A DNA stretch of 55,037 nucleotides from a virus (lineage: Duplodnaviria > Caudoviricetes), in IMG/VR virus record IMGVR_UViG_3300005253_003498, positions 1-55,037 of that record. One strand, given 5' to 3'. Under the pieces are notes generated by a model. The model searched no databases. It was not told the origin of the DNA and saw only the letters and a program-made list of their open reading frames with translations. Position 1 is the first letter of the stretch. Every line of letters starts with the position of its first letter. Position numbers and translations under genes: made by a program. Shown here piece by piece: positions 17,363 through 27,566 of the stretch.

Positions 17363-18925
17363 TTAAACCATAGACTGAACTTTGAACGCTTGCTGCTTAT
17401 GCACCAATCCGAACACTCCCAACACAAGCGCATCCATCTCATCTGGGCTACATCCTAGCAGACTTATCATCGTAGGCTTGTCGCTCTTGGGATCTTTGTT
17501 TCGCTTTGGCAACAACCATAATCGACCTTCCTCGTCATACGTTCTAGGAACCGGAGCCATCTGTCTCCGCAACTCCGTGTATATCATAGGTATTGCAAAT
17601 CCACCACTACCTACGGAAGGATCCAGTTTGAGGCTAGTCAATCCATACATCTGTGCTCTGCGGTTTTTGTAGATAGCTTTCGTTTCGTCGTTCAGCTTGC
17701 GCTGCTCCAATATCGTCATCCCGCGCTTCTTCTCCGGAACCGCAGACTCACCGAAATGAACCGTCCTCACATTGTAGCCCTTCGCCCGTAACGCATCTGC
17801 AATCTGCTTACCACCGCCTCCCCTGTCAAACAATACATTCTCGGCTTCAACGCCGTGCTTTTTCATAAATGCAATAACCTCTCCTACGATTATCCACGTG
17901 TTAGGGGTCTTTTTAGATACCATCTCAATCACGCCAAGGTCATCCATGGCAATCATCACCGTATCGTCGCCGCCTTCAGCAGGATCAACGCCGATCGTCT
18001 TTGCCATTCTGCGCTTATTTCCTAGATTCCTTGCCAACCGCTCGGCTTCGTTGAGCCACTCAGGTGGAAACAGTAGTACCTCAGCGCCTTTATAGAACTC
18101 CGCTTCTAGGCTCACGCATCGTTGAACGTTGTCCCATCTACTCTTATTCTTGAGGTACTCGTCGTACGGCTTTACACCAGGAATAATGATTTCGCCGGTA
18201 GGCTTTTTCCCATTCCTAATTTGAGCCAGCGCTAAGCGCACGTTCGGACTATCGACAGCCTTGATCTTTATAATACGCCGCTCATAGTGACAGTTTCCTT
18301 TAGCGCGGATGTTCCCTCCTTTATCTTCCGTTCCAGGCTTACCCTCAACTGCATGACGAAAAAAGTTATCGCAAGGCCAAGGATTACCTATGATCAGTAT
18401 CCGGCTTGCCCAGGTGCTCGCCATCTTGTAGTACTCGTCTGGAACGCTACTAGCTTCATCCACAACGAACAGCGTCCTCGGTACGCCATCACCAGTCCTT
18501 GCTACGTGATGCCCTTGGAAGGCTGCCGATCTCTCAGGGCTTGCTACCATCCCTATCGCGTAACTGAATCCATCAGGCTCACCTTTCACAACCTTGCGCA
18601 GCTCTCTCTGATTCACTACCAGCGGACCACCGCGATTATGGTCAAGCGGGTACTCGCTGCTCGTAATGAACCGGTGGATTTCTCCCCACAGTACCCGCAA
18701 GTGATCATCCTTCGCGCTGGTAGTCACAATGCGGCACGGATGCCTACTCAGAAAGAACCATATTACAATAAACGCCGCCACGTAGTCCTTTCCCAGCATG
18801 TTGCCGGCTGGCACGACCGTCTCTTGATCATCTCGAACGCTGTAGATAGTCTCCCGTTGCTTATCATAGAAATTCGTACCAGGCCACAGCTTCTTTTGGA
18901 ATTGGATAGGATCAATTACAAGCAT
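17363..18925 (-). CDS. terL: Terminase large subunit
   Basis: AGNMLGKD (Walker A), FVVDEA (Walker B), IIGNP, IGVDPAEGGDD and SPDEMDA nuclease motifs. Confidence 0.9.
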   Translation of the reverse strand: MLVIDPIQFQKKLWPGTNFYDKQRETIYSVRDDQETVVPAGNMLGKDYVAAFIVIWFFLSRHPCRIVTTSAKDDHLRVLWGEIHRFITSSEYPLDHNRGGPLVVNQRELRKVVKGEPDGFSYAIGMVASPERSAAFQGHHVARTGDGVPRTLFVVDEASSVPDEYYKMASTWASRILIIGNPWPCDNFFRHAVEGKPGTEDKGGNIRAKGNCHYERRIIKIKAVDSPNVRLALAQIRNGKKPTGEIIIPGVKPYDEYLKNKSRWDNVQRCVSLEAEFYKGAEVLLFPPEWLNEAERLARNLGNKRRMAKTIGVDPAEGGDDTVMIAMDDLGVIEMVSKKTPNTWIIVGEVIAFMKKHGVEAENVLFDRGGGGKQIADALRAKGYNVRTVHFGESAVPEKKRGMTILEQRKLNDETKAIYKNRRAQMYGLTSLKLDPSVGSGGFAIPMIYTELRRQMAPVPRTYDEEGRLWLLPKRNKDPKSDKPTMISLLGCSPDEMDALVLGVFGLVHKQQAFKVQSMV

Positions 18926-18936
18926 GACAACATTCT

Positions 18937-19287
18937 CTACGGTCCTTCAACCATAACCCTTTCCTCTTCTATCGCCGTCAGCGCCTCGCCTACCACCCGA
19001 GTTAGAAGCTCGATGTTTCCATCCCCCATATACTTCACTTCTTTCTTCATCTCTTCGAAGTTCACATCTGCTAGGTCTTTAATGTAGAGGAATCCCAGAT
19101 CCTCTAACTTATTGACCAGCCTCAGAGGCAACGGAAGCTCAGCTATAGCCTCCCTAGGCGCCACCTTCTTCCGTGCAATCAATTCCTGCTCAATAGTATC
19201 CAAGATGATATGACAGATTGCGAAGTTGTTCTTTCGCAAGTGAATTGCTAAGCGCCTCCCAGTAGATTCCGCGTCAAATCCAGTCAT
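18937..19287 (-). CDS. RNA polymerase alpha-CTD-like domain protein
   Basis: IAELPLPLRLVNKLEDLGFLYIKDL...EVKYMGDGNIELL resembles the RpoA C-terminal HhH domain. Confidence 0.6.
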   Translation of the reverse strand: MTGFDAESTGRRLAIHLRKNNFAICHIILDTIEQELIARKKVAPREAIAELPLPLRLVNKLEDLGFLYIKDLADVNFEEMKKEVKYMGDGNIELLTRVVGEALTAIEEERVMVEGP

Positions 19288-19308
19288 CCTTCAAGACCCT
19301 CAAGTTCA

Positions 19309-19494
19309 TTACACGAATCTAAAAGAGAACAAGCGATTCCCACTAGAATCAGTAATCTCAAAGAACCTATTCTCTTTAGCACCCTTCACTATACAACCTA
19401 GAATCCTTTCCTCCTCAAATGTTTGCGCGCGCAGCGAAAGGATTTCCGTTCTCTTAGTCAGCTTATTCAACTCAGCTAGGACTTTCACTACCAT
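19309..19494 (-). CDS. Small hypothetical protein
   Basis: SD GAGGAG; fills the gap. Confidence 0.45.
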   Translation of the reverse strand: MVVKVLAELNKLTKRTEILSLRAQTFEEERILGCIVKGAKENRFFEITDSSGNRLFSFRFV

Positions 19495-20092
19495 TCTCCT
19501 CTAGCTGCAGCCTTTCCTCTATCGGATCTGCTGAGTTCTTCTGATCCAAAACCATCGCGTCAAAGTCAAGCGGCAGCACTCTCACATCAAGCTTCTGCGG
19601 ACCAATCAACCCGAAATGCCGTGCAGCTAGTTCTAGCGCAGACATCTTAGACACCAACTTCATCTCCATAGTCTCTGTTACGTCCCCCGTCTCTGCATCT
19701 ACATACCGTTTCAACTTAATGCCATCGATGCAACGCCTTATCCGCTCGGGAAGCTTGCGCATATCGTCCATTATGATCTTGCCGTTCTCGTCACACAGAT
19801 CAAGCGGATCACGCAAGGCACAGTAAGCGACCTCTTCCAGGATTCTATCAGCACTCAACTTTGTACGATCAATCCTCTCCTCCATCTCCTTCTTAAGTAT
19901 CAACGCTACCCGCTTGATCTTCATCAGCTTGTTAGCTGCCTGTGCAGGATTATGATAGCCTGCGTTCCTTGCAGCCTCCGCAGCGTTCATCATTTTAGAA
20001 GCTAACATTTCCAAGCAGAACATATACTGTCCAGAAGTGAGGTACTTCCAATTTCCTCCCCTCTTCCTCGGCTTAATCAACTTCGTACCCAT
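19472..20092 (-). CDS. terS: Terminase small subunit
   Basis: NAAEAARNAGY...AANKLM HTH and KMSALELAARHFG. Confidence 0.8.
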   Translation of the reverse strand: MGTKLIKPRKRGGNWKYLTSGQYMFCLEMLASKMMNAAEAARNAGYHNPAQAANKLMKIKRVALILKKEMEERIDRTKLSADRILEEVAYCALRDPLDLCDENGKIIMDDMRKLPERIRRCIDGIKLKRYVDAETGDVTETMEMKLVSKMSALELAARHFGLIGPQKLDVRVLPLDFDAMVLDQKNSADPIEERLQLEENGSESPS

Positions 20093-20138
20093 CCTTAACC
20101 TCCTAGTACAGTATACCCCTAATACTCAGTTTTCACTA

Positions 20139-20696
20139 CTACTCAGTCAACTCAGTCCACTTAGGCTCCTCTCTCTGAAGCTCTCTAAGCCTGTCTTCAC
20201 TAATCTCGAGCTTAGCCTCACAACCTCTGAGCTCATCCCTCAACTCTTTGGTCTCTTCTATCAACGCTCTGAGCTTAGTCTCATGTTCTATAAGATCAGT
20301 CTCATGTTCCCCTACAGCCACAATTTTATACGCTTTGAACGCAGCCTGATACGCTTTGATCTTCCTTCCATACTTCTGTTCACAATCTCGGCAAACTCCA
20401 GCCACTCGGTCCAGGTATGCCAATCGGTTACACATCGGCACAGCATCTACTAGGGACAGTTGATAACGAAACAAGAAAGAGCTAACAAATCCCGGTCCTT
20501 GAACATCACCCTTCGGCGCGTCTTCCGACTCAAACACCTTCAGTCGTTTCTCCAATGATGCTATAGACACCTTTACCCCCGCAACTACTTCTATGGTACC
20601 CATCATTACCTCATTCAACGACGCTAGCATCTCCTCTAGATCTTTCACTGCTCCTGCCGTTGCTTCTACATCGTCTGTAGGTTTACAACCCATCAT
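20139..20696 (-). CDS. Coiled-coil hypothetical protein
   Basis: SD AAGGAG; heptad-rich. Confidence 0.6.
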   Translation of the reverse strand: MMGCKPTDDVEATAGAVKDLEEMLASLNEVMMGTIEVVAGVKVSIASLEKRLKVFESEDAPKGDVQGPGFVSSFLFRYQLSLVDAVPMCNRLAYLDRVAGVCRDCEQKYGRKIKAYQAAFKAYKIVAVGEHETDLIEHETKLRALIEETKELRDELRGCEAKLEISEDRLRELQREEPKWTELTE

Positions 20697-20734
20697 GCGC
20701 TCCTTTTCATCTAGCCCACTTCAGTTAAGCCCCT

Positions 20735-20971
20735 CTAATCCTCAATCCCAAGCGCCTTTCGATCTCTACAAACTATGCACTCAGGAACACGAATCCTTCT
20801 ACCACACCCCTCACACTTGTAGTCTTTAGGCTTCTCCCCTCTTGCATCTCTCAATACTCTATATACCGCGTTTCTAGCAACTCCTACAACCTCAGATATC
20901 ATGCGCTGAGAAACACCTTCCTCAGCGAGCCTCAAAACATGCGCCTCTTGCATCTCACTTAGCTTAGCCAT
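20735..20971 (-). CDS. HTH plus zinc-ribbon protein
   Basis: GVSQRMISEVVGVARNAVYRVL followed by CEGC..CIVC. Confidence 0.7.
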   Translation of the reverse strand: MAKLSEMQEAHVLRLAEEGVSQRMISEVVGVARNAVYRVLRDARGEKPKDYKCEGCGRRIRVPECIVCRDRKALGIED

Positions 20972-21099
20972 CTGTCATTCTCCTCTACTACACGCGCTTA
21001 CCCCCAAACACTTGCCCCTTCTATATTACACGTCTAGACCTGAATAGGAAAGCCCTAAATTTTACAGGAAACTCTACCAAAATTTTCCTTAGGTAGCCC

Positions 21100-21177
21100 T
21101 TGCAATAGCCCGTCTAATACATTATACTAAGTATACGGTAGGGTCTACTACTACTATACTACTACTGTAGTATAGTA
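21100..21177 (+). promoter_or_regulatory. Sigma70-like promoter plus palindromic CTA-rich element, copy 1
   Basis: TTGCAA-17-TATACT, then an 11-bp inverted repeat tactatactac/gtagtatagta (21152-21177); near-identical to 46234-46293. Confidence 0.6.
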
Positions 21178-21201
21178 TGTAAGTGCTTACCAGTAAAAGG
21201 T

Positions 21202-22581
21202 TTACGAGATAAGCTCTCCCTCTTCAACTATAGCTACATCAACACCTGTTTGGTAAGTGAGTGCCGGCCTGGCCAGCAGCTCACTAATTATTCTTGGTAC
21301 AGCATTTTCCCTAAGGTACTCTTCGCTGAGGTCGATACCAATAGACCGTCTACCGCTTCCTAGCGCTACACAGCAGGTTGTACCGCTACCAATAAAGGGA
21401 TCGAGTACCGTGCAAGGGATTACCTTCCTAATAGTACAACAACAGCCAGGCTCCCATCCAACAGTCTTCACGTCTACCCCAGCAACGCTGTTTGCGATAG
21501 TGTTCATTTTGCCCACCCTAACCGCTAGCTGAGGAAGTTGCCCAGGTATACCAGACCTTCTGCCAACAACCATCTTTGGCTTACGCTTCACGTAATCCCT
21601 CAGCCGTTTCCTCTTCAACTTCTTCACCTTCGTTACTCTCTTCCAAGGCGCACCACACCTAACGCAACATCCCTTCTCAGAAGTCCCTGCCAACACACAA
21701 GGCAGTATCAGATTCTTAGGAAAGGTTGCGAAGTGCGCGCCGCTGAAAGACTCTGTGGCTACTCTCCAAACGTCCTTCTTGTTTTTGCACTGTCTCGCGA
21801 ACTCTCGTAAGGCTTCAGGGAAATTCTCGTTTAGCCAATCAACAAAGAATTGCTTGTCTTCTACCGTCCAGACAGAGCGTCTGTTGCAAGTACTGTGTTC
21901 TATATCTGGATGGTGTGTATTGTCTGCAAACTGAGTACGCTGCATATCTCTTTGTTTTGCCGTCATTGTGTTTGATTTAGGTCTCGGTTTAGAAAATGAT
22001 GATGTTGCGCTATTCCAGTTGCCTGACTTCAATTTTATCGCTTCCATATCACAGAAGTACCCGCTCCCCTTCTTAGTCAGCAGGAAAATGTAATCGTGAG
22101 ACTTAGTACAGCGGTTCCTTATGCTCTCAGGCATAGGATTTGGCTTCGCCCAGATAATATCCTGCCGCAGTACCCACCCGTCCTCTTGCAACGCCAGCGC
22201 TACCCGCCAAGGCATACCCACAAGGTTCCCGCCAGGCAACCCAGACTCCAGACCCGACTTGCCTCCACGGCTGTCCCCAAGATTCAGCCAAACCGTCCCG
22301 TCGTCCCTTAGCACGCGTCGCACCTCTTGGAATACCGCTACCATCTTTGCCACAAACTCGTCAGGAGTCTTCTCTGAACCGATCTCAACTCCTTTATCTC
22401 CATGATTTTCTTCCAGGTACGACCGCAATCCCCAGTACGGCGGACTAGTCACAACACAATGGACAGAACGAGACGGAAAACGCCGGAGCACCCGTATCAC
22501 GTCACCGTAATACAGCCGCACCAACCGTTTGTCTCTTGTAACCCAATACGGCTTCAGTTTCTTCTTAGGAATCTTTGGCAT
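21202..22581 (-). CDS. Beta-class amino DNA methyltransferase (N4-C/N6-A)
   Basis: VTSPPYWG (motif IV) before DPFIGSGTT (motif I); HFATFP. Confidence 0.9.
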   Translation of the reverse strand: MPKIPKKKLKPYWVTRDKRLVRLYYGDVIRVLRRFPSRSVHCVVTSPPYWGLRSYLEENHGDKGVEIGSEKTPDEFVAKMVAVFQEVRRVLRDDGTVWLNLGDSRGGKSGLESGLPGGNLVGMPWRVALALQEDGWVLRQDIIWAKPNPMPESIRNRCTKSHDYIFLLTKKGSGYFCDMEAIKLKSGNWNSATSSFSKPRPKSNTMTAKQRDMQRTQFADNTHHPDIEHSTCNRRSVWTVEDKQFFVDWLNENFPEALREFARQCKNKKDVWRVATESFSGAHFATFPKNLILPCVLAGTSEKGCCVRCGAPWKRVTKVKKLKRKRLRDYVKRKPKMVVGRRSGIPGQLPQLAVRVGKMNTIANSVAGVDVKTVGWEPGCCCTIRKVIPCTVLDPFIGSGTTCCVALGSGRRSIGIDLSEEYLRENAVPRIISELLARPALTYQTGVDVAIVEEGELIS

Positions 22582-22801
22582 TACCGATTACCTTAATCAT
22601 CTCTAAAAGTATTTCAACAAGGTTGTTATGCACGCTCTTCTTTTCGTCGTACACTATACCTAGATAAAACAACTGTTGACCAACTCGGCAATTGACTTGA
22701 AGTGTAGCTCGTATCACGCGTAGCTCCATGCTATTGCCCTCAAGCCTACCGAATTCTTTCCTGATCTCAGCAAACGTCATGTCCTCTAGCTCAGTCTTCA
22801 T
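22565..22801 (-). CDS. Hypothetical protein
   Basis: SD GAGG; overlaps both neighbours. Confidence 0.5.
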   Translation of the reverse strand: MKTELEDMTFAEIRKEFGRLEGNSMELRVIRATLQVNCRVGQQLFYLGIVYDEKKSVHNNLVEILLEMIKVIGNAKDS

Positions 22802-24176
22802 GTGATACCTCTTTATAAAGTTCTCTCATGCGCCTAGTCAACCTCCACCTTGTAACGCCGCTTGCCACCCTGCTGGTCTTTTTTGTTTTGAATCGCTCAA
22901 CTACACCGATCTCCCGTAAGAATGCAAGTAAGGAGCTAACCTTCTGCGTACTCAGGTTGACCCTTACAGAAATAGCCCGCGACTCAGAGCCCTCTACCCT
23001 CCCGTACAGGTGGGTAACAATTTTCAACGTCTGACCACGACTGGTATCCAAGGCCACGCGCCTGACTCTACTCATTACAGATTCATCTACGCTTTCCCTA
23101 TTAAGCACCAGCGCCAAACACTTTGCCAGTCTAACTAATTGACTGACCAGTCTGGCTGCAAACTCCCTTTCAGCAGTTCCTTCTTGCCTATTGCTAGGAC
23201 GCGCTCGCATGTGAGCAATGAACTTCCCCAGCCTGGTACACGCTCTTTTAGCTTCATCAGAGTTTTCTACCAGTGGCAACAAATCCATCGCGTTAGAACG
23301 CAGGTAACCCACATAGCCGCCAGTCAACTGCATTGCTTTTGCTAACTCAGGCGCATACTGCTTTTCAGCCTCTCCTTCTGACTCGATGACCGCGTCACGA
23401 TCCGCGCGGTTAGCCACCCTCCACAATACCTCGTCTTCTAACTCGTCGTCTATCTTGTGCATAAGCACACAATCTAAGAACCGCTCGCCTAGTTCGCTCT
23501 CATCTATCTTTTGCAACGACTTGGTTCCACACAATATCCAAGTCATCCGCAATCCCTCGTAGTCTTTCGACTTCGCATTACGGTAGTGTGTCCGACTGGT
23601 TCCATCATAGATGTCTCTGGCCTCTGCAAGTATCTGTGCTAAGTTCGGTGATTGCAACAGTGTGTCACCATCCTTCGTAACCAGCGTCTTGCCGTAGAGC
23701 CTTGCGATGAGACTGTGGTCCTCTTTTTCGCTACCATCCAACACAAAGCCAGAATGAAATCCTCTGATAGTGCTCTTAGGAAAGACGTACTTCTTGTTGA
23801 CGCTGACTGCCTCGCAAAGCGTAGACTTCCCGCAAGAGGCTGGTCCAATGACCTTAACCCACAACTGATCGCCTACAGACTTCGTCGACGCGATGCTAGC
23901 CAGCATTACAGTCAGCGCATAATCCAGTCCGTTAGTCCATTCCATCGCTTGCTGCCAAGTCAGTACAAGTTCCTTGTAGCTCTCACAGGGTAGGCATTCT
24001 AGGTTAGCCGACCCCCCACCTGTAGACTTGGTTTTTTTCGACGGCTTATGATTGCCATACGCAGCCAGTGTAGCGGCGGGTACCAACATGCCAAGCAGCC
24101 CCTCCAAGGCCACTATACGGGCAGCTAGGGGGCTAATTTCGGGTGTTTGGGCAGTAGGCCAATGTAGCTTGGGCAT
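22791..24176 (-). CDS. AAA+ (MCM-like) helicase/ATPase with a C-terminal winged helix
   Basis: IGPASCGKST Walker A, LVTKD, IYDG, GERFL; adjacent to the primase. Confidence 0.7.
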   Translation of the reverse strand: MPKLHWPTAQTPEISPLAARIVALEGLLGMLVPAATLAAYGNHKPSKKTKSTGGGSANLECLPCESYKELVLTWQQAMEWTNGLDYALTVMLASIASTKSVGDQLWVKVIGPASCGKSTLCEAVSVNKKYVFPKSTIRGFHSGFVLDGSEKEDHSLIARLYGKTLVTKDGDTLLQSPNLAQILAEARDIYDGTSRTHYRNAKSKDYEGLRMTWILCGTKSLQKIDESELGERFLDCVLMHKIDDELEDEVLWRVANRADRDAVIESEGEAEKQYAPELAKAMQLTGGYVGYLRSNAMDLLPLVENSDEAKRACTRLGKFIAHMRARPSNRQEGTAEREFAARLVSQLVRLAKCLALVLNRESVDESVMSRVRRVALDTSRGQTLKIVTHLYGRVEGSESRAISVRVNLSTQKVSSLLAFLREIGVVERFKTKKTSRVASGVTRWRLTRRMRELYKEVSHED

Positions 24177-24244
24177 GGCAGTTTAATAGCCTTTCGATTG
24201 TTTATATTTTGTAGGTTTATATACCTTTTAGGGGGTATTACTTA

Positions 24245-25150
24245 CTACTTAGCACCGCTCAGGCGATCCCTCACATCATACCCGCTTGGCAGTTCCAAGT
24301 CGTAACCGTCAGTTGCGCCCCAACATAAGCAGTTGACTTCTTTCGGTGGATGTTTTGCGCCAAGCAACATGTCACTCAGTCTCTGCATCGATTTCAACCC
24401 GGTTGCAGGAATACGCTTCTTCGTTGTAGGATGCCGTTTCGGGTGGTCGTTGTCATACATCAGGTTTACGACCTTGTCGGTGAACAACGGTAGCCATGCT
24501 TCGTTGAATACGGTGCATCCCGGGACAGCCAGTACGTTTGCATCCCTCAACATACTAGCTTCCGGGTTTGCAGTCTCCTGCAACCCTCTCTCAGTTTCCT
24601 TAGTGTGGCTCAGTATTTCCCATAGCACCATCGCATCCCACGGACCTTCACAGAGATAGACTATAGACTTGCCCTCGCTATAGAGGTTTACGCCGTGAAG
24701 GTGATGACCTAGCGTAGGGGTAGGTAGCAGAATGCTACGATCCGACCCTACTACAAGCCTGTATAGCTGCCGCAACTTGCCGTCTACATTATAGCCCGGC
24801 ACCATCCAGCAACGAGTAAGCGCAGAGAAGACTACTCCCCAGTGCATCAATGTATTTGGGTAGAGCAGATTGCGGTCCTGTTGTAGCTCAGAATACTTCG
24901 TGGTCAACTCATTACTGTACTCCCAGAGTTTAAGCAGAAACGCAGAAGTGTTTCCCTTTGCCTCACACCGGAAGCAGTACCACTTCGTAGTAGCTACGTT
25001 TATAGAAAAGTGATCGTGACCGCACCACGGACACTCGTCGGCTGCTGCCTCTTCACTGTCTTCTTGCCAGTCTAAGTTAAGTCCGTGAAAAATGAATGGT
25101 CTTAGGTTTTTGGGTGGTAAGTCTTTGACCTTCGGCATAGTTCCTATCAC
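24245..25150 (-). CDS. DNA primase (Zn finger plus TOPRIM)
   Basis: CPWC..CFRC, LCEGPWD, MYDND, DVRD. Confidence 0.8.
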   Translation of the reverse strand: MIGTMPKVKDLPPKNLRPFIFHGLNLDWQEDSEEAAADECPWCGHDHFSINVATTKWYCFRCEAKGNTSAFLLKLWEYSNELTTKYSELQQDRNLLYPNTLMHWGVVFSALTRCWMVPGYNVDGKLRQLYRLVVGSDRSILLPTPTLGHHLHGVNLYSEGKSIVYLCEGPWDAMVLWEILSHTKETERGLQETANPEASMLRDANVLAVPGCTVFNEAWLPLFTDKVVNLMYDNDHPKRHPTTKKRIPATGLKSMQRLSDMLLGAKHPPKEVNCLCWGATDGYDLELPSGYDVRDRLSGAK

Positions 25151-25204
25151 ATCCCTGTCGTTGTTACTCTAAAGTATCCAGCTCCTTAACGCCGCTACGA
25201 ATGG

Positions 25205-25612
25205 TTAGTGCATCTCCTCTCGAAACTCTTCTAATTGTTTTCGTTCTGCCTGGCGATCGCGGTTTTCTTCAGCAGCTTGCCGATCTGTGTATTTCTCAGG
25301 GTACCATTTACACAGCTTGCTGATGTTAGCCTCCATAACGCTTCCAAGGTCTACGCCAATAACATTACAAGTCAGTGCAATATACCACAAACAGTCACCG
25401 AGCTCCTCGATCAGGTTTATTCGATCCAGTCCTTGACCATAATAAATCCACTTCTCTATTGCACTACACAACTCGCCAACTTCTCCGGTCAACCCTAATG
25501 CTGCATGGTTAAGCCGTATAGAAGTAAGTGAGAAAGTATCCATACGAACTCTTGCATCTCTTTGGTTACACTCGGTACGCCCTGCTAGCTTCTGGTATTC
25601 TGTAGGGTTCAT
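25205..25612 (-). CDS. MazG-like nucleotide pyrophosphohydrolase
   Basis: LGLTGEVGEL...EELGDCLWY...NISKL. Confidence 0.9.
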   Translation of the reverse strand: MNPTEYQKLAGRTECNQRDARVRMDTFSLTSIRLNHAALGLTGEVGELCSAIEKWIYYGQGLDRINLIEELGDCLWYIALTCNVIGVDLGSVMEANISKLCKWYPEKYTDRQAAEENRDRQAERKQLEEFREEMH

Positions 25613-25920
25613 GTCTCTTTCTTCTTGTTTGTCTCTGTGTTTGGAATACGAACCTGAATTGGCACTGTCTCGTATGAGCGATGTGGCACACGCTGCTCCC
25701 GGAGTATTTTCTCGTGTACTTCGGCGTCATGTGCGTTCGCGAAGCGGGCTACCACCTCTACTGACCGGATATTGTCCCAGCCATCTAGGTCTGGGTCTCC
25801 TTCCCATACTTTTCGCTGGACTTCAAATCCAACGATTACATAGCCAGGGGCAAACGGTGCCCATGGATTATCACCACAGAGAATCTGGTTGACTTGAGCT
25901 TGGAGGTCTATCGTTGGCAT
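25609..25920 (-). CDS. Hypothetical protein
   Basis: SD GAGGG; packed in the operon. Confidence 0.5.
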   Translation of the reverse strand: MPTIDLQAQVNQILCGDNPWAPFAPGYVIVGFEVQRKVWEGDPDLDGWDNIRSVEVVARFANAHDAEVHEKILREQRVPHRSYETVPIQVRIPNTETNKKKET

Positions 25921-25933
25921 ATAACTTGTCCCT

Positions 25934-26521
25934 CTAATAGAGGCGAACCTCCCAGAAAACTGTATTGAATCCCGGGACGGTTCCCCACTGGACAGAGTAC
26001 GTCGAAAACTCGACTACATGATCTTGATAGGTATCAAGTAAGTGCTCCAACCACTCATAGCTATTTAGACAAAGGAATCGGGATAGCAACGTCTTTGCTA
26101 CCAGCCCATAGGCAGAAAGACACTGATCGGCTAGTGCATCGCGCATCGGCTTAACTACAAACGTGTAAGTCAAATCCAACCCCCAGATACCTCGCTGCAC
26201 TTCTCCCTGGAAAATTGTCTTCTCAGTAGGTGCCATAGCACTGATGTAAAGCAACGACCTGTCAAACTTACTTGTAGCCTCAATCCATTTTGCACCTGAT
26301 TCTTGCTGAGTTACATTATACCAGGTCTCTGCCCCAACCACTCGGTTGCGGATATGAATCAGTCCCGCATAGCCTGCGCAGCGGTAGGCTGCATAGTTAT
26401 CCCAAGTAGGCGAAGCGTTGCCGAATTCTCCAGCGGCATAGCGTGCAACGAAGTCACGCTTCGTTAGCACCGGTCTTGGATTGTCTGTGTTTTTCGCAGG
26501 CGGTATAGGGGTTACTGTCAT
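25934..26521 (-). CDS. Hypothetical protein in the modification cluster (possible ATP-grasp-like fold)
   Basis: Start reassigned to MTVTPIPP; C-terminal VVEFS...VFWEVRLY; fold call is weak. Confidence 0.55.
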   Translation of the reverse strand: MTVTPIPPAKNTDNPRPVLTKRDFVARYAAGEFGNASPTWDNYAAYRCAGYAGLIHIRNRVVGAETWYNVTQQESGAKWIEATSKFDRSLLYISAMAPTEKTIFQGEVQRGIWGLDLTYTFVVKPMRDALADQCLSAYGLVAKTLLSRFLCLNSYEWLEHLLDTYQDHVVEFSTYSVQWGTVPGFNTVFWEVRLY

Positions 26522-27566
26522 TCTTCTTCTTCTCCCAATTTTGCTGACGTTTCCTGAGCCAGAGCGTGCCTGCAATTCTCCAATCGTCTGCCCATACACG
26601 GTCGATGTGATTAAAAGCGCTAGCACTACTACCAATATACCTTCGCTCCTTATGAGCCCGGAATGCCATCATCATCGGCTGAGCCACACTTTTTAGGAAT
26701 GGTTCCTCGAAGGATCTGTCGATAGAATCAATGAATGCCTTACATTCCGCGTCAAAACGCTTTGGATGAGCAACCAGCTGCGGACCTAGGTTTACTCGCT
26801 GACTTTGGTCGTAGCTCATAGTAGGCTCGTCTGTACTGGCTCGCGTGTAATCATCTATCCACTCGCTTGGATGCCATCTACTCACATAAGCGTGAAGGTT
26901 ATTCGTGAGTTGGTGATAAACACCTACATCAACACCAATACAAGCTGCCAGATATTCCTGTAAGAAAGAGAAGTGGACAACATTTGCACCGAGCATCCCC
27001 CAGATCAGGTCGTTGCTGCGATTGCAAACAGTCATGTCTAGCCGCTTGTTTTGAACTGAGAAATAAGCATGAGTGTTACAAGGCTTGTCCTTGGTAAGCG
27101 CCCCTGCTCCAAGATCAGCTAACGAAGACCACATTTGCAAAACACAACGCCGGCTGTCTGGATCCTTTCTCAGCTCATCTGTAATCTCTTGCAACTGGTC
27201 AAACGAAGTTGGAGAACTTCCATGAGCAAAGAACTGTCGCCAGCGGTAGCCATAGGCGCCGTTCAGCGTTTTACCATCGTCGCTGTAGTCTTTTATCTGA
27301 CTATTGTAGTATGCCAACGGCGCTACATCATTCCGGCCAGCAAGCATCCACAGTGACTCGAACAGATGAAAGAACGGGTTACAGTCGCGCGCCTGATTGA
27401 ACAGCACCCGCTCGCGAGGATGAGTGTAAGTCACAATTACTGGCTCGACAACCTTGATAACATCTCCGTTCCTGCTAGAGGATGTTGCTGTAGGGATTCT
27501 GTGGGTCTGAATACCTGAAACAATTCCTCGGAAAGCTTGGTTGACGTTACGATAGAACAGGTGCAT
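26454..27566 (-). CDS. Thymidylate synthase-family enzyme, probably dUMP hydroxymethylase
   Basis: GAYGYRWR, SRRCV, KPCN (catalytic Cys), NRSNDLIWG..AN (Asn as in dUMP-specific enzymes), NLHAY. Confidence 0.85.
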   Translation of the reverse strand: MHLFYRNVNQAFRGIVSGIQTHRIPTATSSSRNGDVIKVVEPVIVTYTHPRERVLFNQARDCNPFFHLFESLWMLAGRNDVAPLAYYNSQIKDYSDDGKTLNGAYGYRWRQFFAHGSSPTSFDQLQEITDELRKDPDSRRCVLQMWSSLADLGAGALTKDKPCNTHAYFSVQNKRLDMTVCNRSNDLIWGMLGANVVHFSFLQEYLAACIGVDVGVYHQLTNNLHAYVSRWHPSEWIDDYTRASTDEPTMSYDQSQRVNLGPQLVAHPKRFDAECKAFIDSIDRSFEEPFLKSVAQPMMMAFRAHKERRYIGSSASAFNHIDRVWADDWRIAGTLWLRKRQQNWEKKKNDSNPYTACEKHRQSKTGANEA

